Assembly (NCBI RefSeq): GCF_031769215.1
Contig: NW_026782071.1
Location: 310,001-374,000 of the forward strand
DNA from: Ylistrum balloti
Taxonomy: Eukaryota
DNA: 64,000 nucleotides
Direction of reading: 5' to 3'
Numbering within the stretch: the stretch's first letter is position 1; each line of letters starts with the position of its first letter. Below the pieces are notes generated by a model, which ran no database searches, had not been told where the DNA came from, and saw nothing but the letters and a program-made list of their open reading frames with translations. This document shows, in pieces, positions 1-11,915 of the stretch. Made by a program: the position numbers and the translations under genes.

Positions 1-1912
1 GTAGCTATATCGCTGAACATAATGCGGGAGACCCGTTGAACAACAACAAAAAAGCTCGAGACTGTTGTTGTGTAGCCAAAGCGTTATGAAAAAACCCACT
101 AAAGTTTATGATTTTTGGAGTTATGCGAGTTCTATATATTGTTACAAGTAAAAAACTAAGCCAGACAATAACGAAAGTCGGGGCCACTCAATAATAATAC
201 TACCTCGTGACAATATCCGATCCGGTAATTTATGCGAGTCTGAAAGCTAGAGGAACGATATCAATAATGTGTTTCTGTCTCTAATAACCACCATCATTAT
301 ACAAATCACCTATTTGTCGCGGATTATCTTTACTCCAGATCTATAGAATCTTCACTCCAATACAGGATAGGTTTTAATGCTCGTCACTGTGGTACCGGGG
401 CTGTCAGCTGGCAAATAGCCACACAATGTTAACATGTTTAAATAAAGGTAATTGGTCGGCTTTTCAAATTCAACGGAATTAATTTATTGTTACCGATTAT
501 CCACATTACAGTTTATGTTCTCAGATGTAAAATTGACCAAATTTCTTTAAGTAGAGGTCGCGAAGATGACAAATATATATTGTAAATAAATGAAGTGTGG
601 CGTTTATGAAATGTGGTTAAATCATATACACAAAAACTAGTTGTAACTGTGAAACGTAAGGCTATAGTTTTAAACACAGGCACTCCAATACTCCAACCAC
701 GCATCATCCCGTTCGGAAGTCACCTCGGTCTTTTCCGTCAGGTAATAAATCCAACGGAAATGGCCGAAAACATAAACGGATTCCATGATCCAGCGGCGTT
801 CTTTAATCAGTCAGTACTCGAGGAAGAGGCTGTATAGTGCGATCGGGTTAAATTATTGGTAGACAGGAGACGGGGTTAATTTTATCACCACAGGATAACG
901 ATAAAATATTAAATAATGACGTCGGATCGTAAATGATGACGGCAAGTGACCTCGCAACTTCGATACGCCCTTGATGACGTACCTTTAACCGTTTTCAAGA
1001 AAGGAACCACAAAATGATCCATCTGATTGACTTGCGTCATTAAAGGTTAACCACGTGACCTAATTGTTACGTTATCTGGGCGTATAGTTGTCTCCCCCAC
1101 TCACCACAAATCAGCTGGACCGTTTGTTTACAGGGATTTTTTTCATAAACAGAATTTAAATCCTTTACATATATTACAGATGTTATGTTTCATTTACGTT
1201 AGATGTGCACACACATCTCAAAAATTTAAAATTTTAATATCTAATGAAAGCGTAAAATGACAGATGACGGTAAACGGAGTCGTACAGACGGATATAAAAA
1301 CCACTAATTTAAATAATAACGTTTGATTACAAATATATGCTGATTACCTTTTTGTTCTAATAAGCGGACCCCATTAATCTCACTTGTCAGGTTCCTTATG
1401 AACTGTGGCTTATGTGGCCCACGGTTTACTTTTTGTATTTCAGATGAAGCGGAAGTGCGGTTTACCACTTCCGCTTTACGCTTGGATGAATATCCGCCCA
1501 TCTCTCAGTTGCGCAATGTTAATTCTTCATTTATGATACAGTTGAGTAAGTTATCTCTATCAAAAAGCCAACATCGGATTTCCTCCTCGTCTTTTAATTC
1601 TAAGCACGTTTACACTATTACATGACAAGGGGAAAACATCTGTTCCGATTCATAATTATAAATCACAAAAAAACACTTAATGTCTATGTATATTCTGCAC
1701 GCCGAATGAAAACATGTTAAATTAAACGTAAAAACTACACAAACCAGCGAACAGTTTCCCTTTTAATTCAGCGCGAAACACTAGTTTATGTGTAAGACGT
1801 TACTTTGAGCGATTTTCATTCTGTTTTAGAAATACCTGTTCTAATATCGTTAATAAAATGCCAATTTTCAGGATGTCCAAGAATACAGAATATTATTAAT
1901 CTGAGTGAATGA

Positions 1913-1942
1913 AACAAGGTCGCCCAAAGGAGCCGACTTGTT
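1913..1942. mobile_element. Short palindrome resembling a Helentron/HINE terminal stem-loop
   Basis: AACAAGGTCG-cccaaaggagc-CGACTTGTT is an imperfect inverted repeat. It is related to GTCGCC-acctttgtag-GGCGAC at 26874-26895 and lies ~50 bp from a minisatellite. The family assignment is inference. Confidence 0.3.
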
Positions 1943-1994
1943 CGTAGTATGTTGTCATTGTATCAGCACAGGTTTACATGAAAAGGGAGATACG

Positions 1995-2652
1995 GGTTGG
2001 TCAATAAATGTTTACACAGGATGTGAGGTATGAGTTGGTCAGTAGATGTTTACACGGGATGTGAGTGTGAGTTAGTCAGTAGATGTTTACACGGGATGTG
2101 AGTGAGAGTTAGTCAGTAGATGTTTACACGGGATTTGAGTGCGAGTAAGTCAGTAGATGTTTATACGAATGTGAGGTATGAGTTGGTCAGTAGATGTTTA
2201 CACGGGATGTGAGTATGAGTTAGTCAGTAGATGTTTACACGGGCTGTGAGGTATGAGTTAGTCAATAAATGTTTACACGGGATGTGAGGTATGAGTTGGT
2301 CAGTAGATGTTTACACGGATGTGAGGTATGAGCTGGTCAGTTGATGTTTACACGGGATGTGAGTATGAGTTAGTCAGTAGATGTTTACACGGGCTGTGAG
2401 GTATGAGTTAGTCAATAAATGTTTACACGGGATGTGAGGTATGAGTTGGTCAGTAGATGTTTACACGGATGTGAGGTATGAGCTGGTCAGATGTTTACAC
2501 GGGATGTGAGTGTGAGTTAGTCAGTAGATGTTTACACGGGATGTGAGTGTGAGTTAGTCAGTAGATGTTTACACGGGATGTGAGTGTGAGTAAGTCAGTA
2601 GATGTTTACACGGGATGTGAGGTATGAGTTGGTCAGTAGATGTTTACACGGG
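1995..2652. repeat. 37-38 bp minisatellite, ~17 copies
   Basis: Unit approx. GTCAGTAGATGTTTACACGGGATGTGAG(G)TRTGAGTT(A/G). The variant GGGCTGTGAG recurs at 2241 and 2391, giving a 150-bp four-unit higher-order repeat. Confidence 0.95.
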
Positions 2653-5005
2653 TGCTCTCTCCAGATTTAGTGACCATACTTTAGTACCTGCCCCGGCGGC
2701 AATGCTACGTTCAATAATAAGGCACAGTCTACGTGTTATCAAAGGGTTTATACACAAGATTTGTATATACGATTTTTACACGAGGAATGATCGGCCTCTT
2801 AAAAACATTGGGTGAGAGTCTGGTCCCCCGGGTTATAAATACCTTAACTCCGATAGACAGACCAATCACCTTTCATCATTTCCACCGGCTAAAATAACGA
2901 ATCTGTAGTCCGATTTCCGGTGATCAAGTTTCTCCGGGTTATTTTGTTTCGCATTGAAGGGGTGAAGGCGAGGGCGAAGTTGATAAAAAAAGAGTATACA
3001 GCAAACCGTTGTACAGGAAAACGGAGCTACTGATATAGTGCTTTGTTACTAAAAGTACAGAAATATAAATTTGAAACAAGATCGAAAACAAATAGTGACC
3101 ATTTTACGATCTCATTTTTTCCTGTACAGAAACGAATCTTTTTATTACAAAATACTTGGTATTTCACGAGTGTATATATATCCGTTTGACACGCCTAACA
3201 AGTTATGTCCACATTAGTATGGCCGAGGCAGCGTGCTAAATATCTTGAATGTCTGTCAGGAAATGACACTCTGGTATCCGGTTAGATCTGTTGCCAGGAC
3301 AGATGACCGGAAATGCCAAGATTGACCTTAGCAAGAATGTTACATCATGTATGAGTTACAAATTTGCGTTTATTAAGGAATTATGTTTTAATTTGACATA
3401 CCCAATATCATGTACTTGGTCCGGAGGGGACATATCATCAGAATGTACACTAGTGCCGTCATTCTAGCCTCGTCATTAGGTCTCTTCCTACAGTAGAGAT
3501 CTCATGATAGAAATGTTGAAAACTGACCATCATCTTTGTCAAAGATCCAAACGAGTTTCGATATCGATGTAGAATTCAGAAGCTGATATTGATCGTAACT
3601 GAGAATTTGAAGCGGGTAGACGACAAAAGGTCCTGACTTTCTTCTGGTTTTCGTGCTCTTAAGTTACGTATTTCGCATCGACACAGATTGTTCATGTCCG
3701 CTCTGTCGACAAATAGTTTCATATTCGGTTAAAAAAATGTACGTCTCGGCATAAATCTTTTTATTCTTTTTTTTCTTAGTTTTCAATTAATCTCATTTCC
3801 AAATCAACTTTGACTCAATTTTCACGTTGATTATTGATCTATTTACTATTTGTCGATGAAAGCTTAGTTTAAAAGTAGATGTCACAATTCTGTAAGGAAA
3901 GTTTCAAAATTTTTCCAGAAAAATGCACGGCGCGGTGACTCAGCATTACTTTCTGTTTTTCAAACCGAAGAGTTACTAGGATTATCTCGACAAGTTTGAC
4001 ATATTTTGAAGGATTTTTCATTGCGAATATGAAAATCATATATAGGCCAAGCATTAGAGATATGTATGATAGGCCGGCAGATATGAACAGAGATAGATGA
4101 TATCAACTGTGTAGGTATAAAATATCTTAAAACTTCAAACCCTTTCCCTGTGTGACGTAATGATATTTTTCTACCGAACTCGGTCCTTGATGACGTATGT
4201 GGTTATCTTTTATGAGGGCGTGTTCGATTTAGGAAAACGGCATCTACTCTTGTACGCGATAAGACAAAGCTCAAAGGATGAATATGCAGATTTCACATTA
4301 AAGATAAGTCTTTCACATTTTCAACGTATACAAACATATACATATATAACGTCATGAGTGTTTAAATTCTATGTATAATAAGGTATAAAAGCGGAGTTAT
4401 TAAACGTCAGTCTGTGATGAAACCGTCTTTTTCTGCGACGAAGGCAACATACAGCCATTTGTTGGGAAGTGTAATAATAATAAAAAAAAAAGGTCGAGAA
4501 AAAACAAATAATTGGGTCTTTTTATAAGTTTATGAATTTAATATCCTTTTTTAACACGTAATCGATTACCGAAGCAAATACCGTAGAAACGGATATTTCA
4601 ACATCAAACTTGACGTCATTTCGTCTCCGTATTAGGACGTACATAGTTACGTCACAATGCACTGTGTGACGTAATTTCATTTTTAATAACAAGGTTATCA
4701 TGTGATGGATATGATTTAAGAATATAGACAAATATACAAACTTCACAAAACTATGGGACGTTTTGTAATGCAGGGGTCTGTAACTATGTTTCTCGGGGAG
4801 GAGGGTCGGTATACTATAACTAGTATGCCTCTGGGTTTTGTACGGCCTCTAGTTCTCACGAAGCTAGACACTTACCCTCTCGAGTGGTAAGCAAAGTGGC
4901 TGTGATCCTGTGGTGTCACTCCTCCGCACCACAGGACAATGACGACAATGAACGCTATATAATGAATTGACAATGGGAACTGACAACAGCAATGATAACG
5001 AAAAG

Positions 5006-5160
5006 NNNNNNNNNNNNNNNNNNNNNNNNNNNNNNNNNNNNNNNNNNNNNNNNNNNNNNNNNNNNNNNNNNNNNNNNNNNNNNNNNNNNNNNNNNNNNNN
5101 NNNNNNNNNNNNNNNNNNNNNNNNNNNNNNNNNNNNNNNNNNNNNNNNNNNNNNNNNNNN
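5006..5160. other. Assembly gap (155 N)
   Basis: Run of N characters. Confidence 0.99.
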
Positions 5161-5699
5161 TCATTCAGTTATCTGGTCAGTCTGTCGAGAAACGCTTACA
5201 AGTTCAATGTTATGTTGTTTGGACAGAGATGACTATTATACAAACTAGTTGATCTCTGGAGACCTTACATATGACACTTTATCTACAAAATAAACTGGCG
5301 AAACAGACGTCACAGCGGAGAAGCTTTTATTTTATAGGGAATCTTATGTCAAGATTTCAAATTATTTTATGATATTCTCATTATATGTATGTAATAAAAG
5401 TCAGCGGTGAATGTGTTTTTGTGTTATTGGAATGAAAATAATTCCCTTTCCAAAATCCACAAGTATGAAGGAGAAAGCTTAAGATGCAGAACTACATTGA
5501 AATTGTTTCCAAAACAATTTATAAGCCATCAATAAATGTATAAAACAAATTAATACCACGTAAAATTTATATCTGGAGTTCCACATTGGACCTTTTTCCC
5601 CATCCCAAAGTATATCTGGTTAGACGGTTTGAAGGTTATGCTTGTTTACATAGTAGGCTTAACTTTATAGTTACGAAACCCCTCGGTTTTTAGTTTTCA

Positions 5700-6800
5700 T
5701 TGAATTGACACATAGCCATCTTTTTTCCATATATGGAGATATAACTGTGTTTCGGGTAATACTGATTGTTTTTGTCATTTGTCGTGTAAGCCCATCCATC
5801 GACGTGCGTACAATAAAAGTGTGTTGTACAAGCTACACCGAGCGAAACGGCGAGATAGCTGTTCGGTTCAGCCACATGAATGAAAACATACCACGTGACT
5901 TAATCCATCCCACCCCCACATCCAAATGGATTAGCCCAGCGGAAGTCGTACGAACCAGAAGAGGTCAAATGTAGTGTCGAATTTCAATCTATGAAGACCT
6001 TATAGGGATTTTGGCCGAAAAGGTAAGGTTTGGGTGATCATTTTATATCTTATCAACGATTTTACAATTTACTTAAGTGCAATGTGTTGTATTTTTTGGA
6101 GTTAGCGATGTATTTAGGCGTAAAACCGGGCGATATGGACGAATGATGAAGCGCTTTCTTCCATTCATAATTATCAGTTCGCCCTAGTGCTGCATTCGTT
6201 AGTCGGCAAATGTGGGAACCGAGATCTGCCATCTGACGTTCTACTGCGGAATATACACCGTTGGATTATTTAATCGGTCCTTGGATTATGCAAAGCATTT
6301 ACACATTTCTATGGATTTAGAAAATCATTTTCTGGCGGGATTGTGCAATGTGGTGTTTGTGGTTTAACTGAGGCAGACGACCATCGATTTTTTGCTTTTC
6401 CCCGTCGGGAGCGCGGGGCCCATCACGTTTCTCTGCCGACTTCCTGGGTTCGCTTGCTGTGATGTAGGTGTGTATGTTCATAGTACAGTGTAAAAGATTC
6501 GGATTTATTATTTCATTTCAAATCTTACACTGATACACGAAAGATCTGAAAACCACGACCTTAAATATCCAGGAAGTCGAGTGCTGACAAAATATACCCA
6601 GTTTTATCAAAGGTAGGTCTAATGTGATGTGGCAGGAACACAACGTTGTTTTTTCGTATCGGACTGGATTACTAAAATGAAGGATATAGATGTTTACTGA
6701 AAAGAGGACATTTTCGGGATTTATATACTGTTGTTGCACGGAAGAAATGGTAGGTCGACCTGCCGAATTACACGTCATGAATGATCTATAAGGTTTTTTA
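5700..6800 (+). promoter_or_regulatory. Putative sprouty promoter / non-coding first exon region
   Basis: CpG-retaining segment immediately before the CpG-depleted domain. ETS cores at 5939-5946, 6439-6446 and 6570-6577; Inr-like TCAGTT at 6174-6179; donor-like AAG|GTAAGG at 6023 and AG|GTGTGT/GTATGT at 6468-6477. Confidence 0.4.
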
Positions 6801-8423
6801 AACGGTGTTCGTCTTACTCCATCTAAATGATGTTGGTTGTTTTTTTTTTGGTAGGACATCAATCCTCTGTGTTGACACTTGACAGGCAGAAATAGATGTG
6901 ACCATTGACGAAAATAAAAAGATGTGAATAACACATTGGTTCCTTTCCCATGAAATATGCTTTGATTTGCTGTCATAAAGTAGGTTATAAATGTAATTAT
7001 CAAAGAGATCAGTCACCTTTGAAAAATATTGATTTAAGCTGATCAGCTGTACACTTGACAAGTGATCATATAGAAAGATGCCCCCCTCCAATGAAATTGT
7101 CATTAATTCTCTGAACATTGATTTGAATGTCATCAGTTTAAATCTCAATCCTCGTTTGTATTTATAAAATGGGTCATGTCATGATTCTCTACTGTAAAAA
7201 AAAGAGAAATTAGTCAGTCAACACTATTTAAATGTATATGTATTATTTTTTCAGTGGTATTTTTGCCGTTTAATAGGCTGTTTCCCCAAATTAAACTGTA
7301 AAGGTTTTTCATCTTTTTTTCAGTGATATTTTTTGCACTGTTTACAGTTGAAAACCGTCTGTTTCCCCTAATTAAAAGGCATTGATTCTCTGAAATGACA
7401 AAAAAAGCAATACCTTCCCAATTTTAAAGACAACACGACTGTATTTGTTCAATTTATGCAGGCACAGACTGCTGTCAAAGTTAGGTAGATAAACACTTAT
7501 CTTTATGACAATATATAATGTAAGGCAATGTACAAATCATATGAATTATTATCAGCCATAGATATGGGATAGATATAATCTCATTCATAAACTCCCTTTT
7601 ATAGATAAAGTATTAAAAGAATTTCAATTTTCAAATTAATTTTTTTATAACACATCTGTACTCATACATTATGCTAAGTCTGACTGAAATATATAATGTA
7701 GAACTTACGGAGCAAATATTCATCAGAAAACCTTGCACGTTATATTTATACTAGTAGCCTGTTGAGTATTTTTATTAGTGGAATATGAATGCTAAGGCCT
7801 GACAATTCATTTAATATGTATATATGAACACACTCCTTAATTTCTAATCTATTTGCTGTCTCCTTACTCCAACAGCTGTACTGGTAGAAAGCTGCATATT
7901 CATAATTTCCTTCTTTTTTTTTTTTGTGGCCCATCCTATATAAATTCAGCATCCAAAGACAACATTTTAATATTGCACTGATTAGGTATCATGGAGCCTT
8001 AGCAAAATTAATTGTTAAATGAAAATGAAGGTTATAGAGCATTCCAAAGGAACAATCTTTTTCTGAATGGAGAAAAAATAATTTGCACTGGTGTCAACTC
8101 TGTTGATAGAGAAAAACCATGAGCTAGCCAAGAGAGTTACCACTTTACAATTATAACTTACCAATGTAATGACAACATATACACATTTTTTTTCATTTTC
8201 GCCAAAAGCTTCAGCTTTAAATACATGCTAAATTTTCTAGGCAATGTGTCAGCAATTGAATTTCATAATTACTTGGTAGAGAGATAGATATACACTCTGA
8301 CACTGGTCAAAGACCAGAAGGAATGGACAATCATTGTCAGTGGACAGTGGATAGCATGTCTGCAACTCCTCTAAACCAGGTTTGATGCCATAGTTGAAGG
8401 GATATGTTGTTTTCCTGTATCTT

Positions 8424-8502
8424 TTGACCCATCAAATTTGTGATTTGACTTCTGTCATAGGTGACCCTTGACCCATCAGATTTGTGATTTGACTTCTGTC
8501 AT
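8424..8502. repeat. Two-copy 44-bp tandem duplication
   Basis: TTGACCCATCARATTTGTGATTTGACTTCTGTCAT at 8424 and 8468. Confidence 0.8.
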
Positions 8503-8786
8503 GTGAATCTTGTATTACAGATATCTAATATAAAAAGGAAAATTGATGAATAGGATTATATTAATAGGTATATGAATTTAGTATCATCTGCATCATGTGA
8601 TGTCCTCTTTCTTCAATCTGTTTCTTTCATTTGATTTTGCTCAGAAAACAAAACTAAGATATGAAAAAAAGACATGTTGGCAAAACAGATTCCTCTGTAT
8701 CAAGTACTTGATCAATCTAGAATAACTATAAAGTGGCATGTGATTGTGAGGCAGATGTAAAGATGTCTTCTGTGTTGAATAACAAT

Positions 8787-9130
8787 ATTTTGTGGTAACA
8801 TACTAACCTATTATACAGATGTTTTGTGGTGAATCTGTCTCCTGTCCAGAGTAACATACTAACCTAGTATATAGATGTTTTGTGGTGAATCTGTCTACTG
8901 TCCAGAGTAACATACTAACCTAGTATATAGATTCTTTGTGGTGAATCTGTCTACTGTCCAGAGTAACATGCTAACCTAGTATATAGATCCTTTGTGGTGA
9001 ATCTGTCTACTGTCCAGAGTAACATACTAACCTAGTATATAGATTCTTTGTGGTGAATCTGTCTACTGTCCAGAGTAACATACTAACCTAGTATATAGAT
9101 CCTTTGTGGTGAAGTTGTCTACTGTCTAGA
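8787..9130. repeat. 56-bp intronic minisatellite, ~6 copies
   Basis: GTAACATACTAACCTAGTATATAGAT...GTGGTGAATCTGTCTACTGTCCAGA recurs at 8795, 8851, 8907 and onward with period 56. Confidence 0.95.
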
Positions 9131-10810
9131 GATTTTGTTGTGAAATATTGTGGCCTGTCCTGAGTAACATACTAGCCATGTAAATAGGACTTTTTTGGTG
9201 AATCTTTTCTATCCCAATTATTAAATAAATTTTATTGGTAAAGCTGACTAACATACTAGACAATGTTTTGTATCTTTTTTTGATACTTTTAAAATAACAA
9301 AATGACTAGTACTACATTGCCAGCACAAGCAGGCTTTTTAGTATTCAATAATCCAATTTTTCAATAGGGTTGTTTCATTAACTGGGAAATGAAATATGTT
9401 TGGAATGAGCTACAGTGTTATATGGCAAAAATTGTTCAAATGTCAAGTGTTCTGTAGAGTTGTTTTGAATTAATGAGGTACCCTTCCCATCATCTGCTCA
9501 TCATCTCAGTTTAGTTTCTCCAGGGCTTCTTAATTATTAGTCTTGTACCAGGTATAGCTTTAGACTTGAGAAATTTTTCCTGCATAATAAAACACAACAC
9601 AGTAATTTTATCATGTAGACTTTGTGTCTACTCTACCATGCTTATACTCACCCTGGTGATATACTAGGAGTGGATTAGGAGAGGCAGCTGTATCAGGGAT
9701 GTTTCATAATTCTAGCTAGGGATGGTCTGAATGGTGGCTGTATAGACATGTTGCTCAATAATTTAACCATCAGTATAGATAAATTTGGTAATCTTTTTAC
9801 TTCATAATTTGAAAAGCAGAAAATTACAGAAAATTTTCCATGATTATGATATAATACCCCTCTACCTATCCTAGGTCATATGAAATGTTGGGTCATTCAT
9901 AAATAAGTACTCTTTTCAAAACAAGTTATGATCAGGATGTGAAAAGACAATTATTCTCCTTCACAACAAGAGTACAAACTTGATATCCTGCTGACTATCC
10001 ATCCATGAAGCTGTTCGGAAATTGTATTGACTCCTGGTCGTAATAGGTCTGGGAAACCAGAATTTAAAAGAACTACACATAGTATATGTACTTTACTGAT
10101 TCATCATCAGTAATGATTAGTAGATGTGATTCTCAAGACATTCACATGATGAGTATCGGAAGGTGGAAGCTGGAATGATTTCCATTGGAAAAGGAAGAGT
10201 AATTAGCTCCATATTCATTCATATTTTTGAGTCCTGGACTCCTGCTTTTCCTGTGGGACTCCCCTCAAATTTTGAGAATGAACTCTTATCTTTTTTAAAC
10301 TCTACTTATTCAAGTTTTAGAAATGTTAGCTCTGGACTCGGCAGAAAAAAATCTACTGAATTACTGTGGAGAATTACTGCTTGTATTCTGCACATCCTCA
10401 TGTATCTATTCCTTGTTCCTAATGTTAAGTTCAACCTCATGTGATATCCCATCTGCCAGTCAGAATACACAGAGGTCTTGATTCACCAGTTTACACAGTT
10501 TGGTATCATTTATTTTCTCTAGTATTACACTAGATTGCTTTCATCCACGAGGCTGGCTATATTGTATATGCTGCCATGGTTAGAGTCTGGACATTAGTTT
10601 TGTAATTATTATTAATATTAAAGCTTTCCATTTGTAGTGATAATGGACTCCCTTGTTCACTGACTATCATTTGATTTTAACAGTGATGTAAACAGTTCCT
10701 ACACGGAACAAGATAGGGTAAAAACAAAATCACACCAAGAAAAAGGAAAATCTGTTTTTATTTTTAAATATTTCTACGACACTGGATGTGAGAGATTAAA
10801 AAAAAAAAAA

Positions 10811-10975
10811 CTATGACCCTTGCTGTAATAGATTTCAAAGATTTCTATTTCCCTGGTTGTGGTAGATTTTAAACATCTCTATGACCCTGGCTGTGATCGA
10901 TTTTAAACATATCTATGACCCTGGCTGTGATCGATTTTAAACATTTCTAAGATCCTGGCTGTTGTGAGGACATTT
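10811..10975. repeat. Degenerate ~35-bp tandem repeat, 4-5 copies
   Basis: Repeated CTATGACCCTGGCTGTGATCGATTTTAAACAT-like units. Confidence 0.75.
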
Positions 10976-11377
10976 AACCCCATTAACAGTATAAATATGT
11001 TACTACTAAAATATAGACTACTTTAACACAAGTAATCAAGTATTCAATTTAAGTGAGGTCAGGTCAAATGTTTTGTGAAAAGTTAGGCAAAGACTCGCAG
11101 AATGCTGCATGAGTTTATGATAACGAGGCTCAAATGTATACATGTTTAATAAAATGAAGATAAAGACATTGACTGATGTACATATCAATGTTAAAATTGA
11201 AAACATTCTTTAATTTCATTAAGTTAATAGTATTGTTTTATGAAGTAGACACAACTGGCACTACACAAATTTAATATCTAGGTTTAGCTACAGGCCATTC
11301 ACTTCAGTGTTAGATGAAAGATAATAACTAACAGAAACAGGATACAGGTGAGGTGGTGATGTAAGATGGGTATCAAA

Positions 11378-11915
11378 CCAGTCTGATTGTCGGCAGTACA
11401 CAGGTGATGTAAATGTGATGGTGGTCAGTCTGATTGTCAGCAGTCCTAACACAGGTGATGCAAATGTGATGGTGGTCAGTCAGATTGTCAGCAGTCTTAA
11501 CACAGATGATGTACATGTGATGGTGGTCAGTCTGATTGTCAGCAGTCCTAACGCAGGTGATGTAAATGTGATGGTGGTCAGTCAGATTGTCAGCAGTCTT
11601 AACACAGGTGATGTACATGTGATGGTGGTCAGTCAGATTGTCAGCAGTCCTTACACAGGTGATGTAAATGTGATGGTGGTCAGTGATTGTCAGCAGTCCT
11701 AACGCAGGTGATGTAAATGTGATGGTGGTCAGTCTGATTGTCAGCAGTCTTAACACAGGTGATGTAAATGTGATGGTGGTCAGTCTGATTGTCAGCAGTC
11801 TTAACACAGGTGATGTAAATGTGATGGTGGTCAGTCTGATTGTCAGCAGTCCTAACACAGGTGATGCAAATGTGATGGTGGTCAGTTTAATTAACACCAG
11901 TCTCAACACAGGTGA
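11378..11915. repeat. 51-bp intronic minisatellite, ~10 copies
   Basis: Unit GTCTGATTGTCAGCAGTCCTAACACAGGTGATGTAAATGTGATGGTGGTCA. The length is divisible by 3, which explains the 17-aa repeat ORFs on both strands. Confidence 0.95.

Noticed and set aside
8325-8400. Decayed tRNA-SINE head (TGGACAGTGG ... GGTTTGATGCC)
   Set aside because: Both boxes are degenerate and no body or tail is recognisable.
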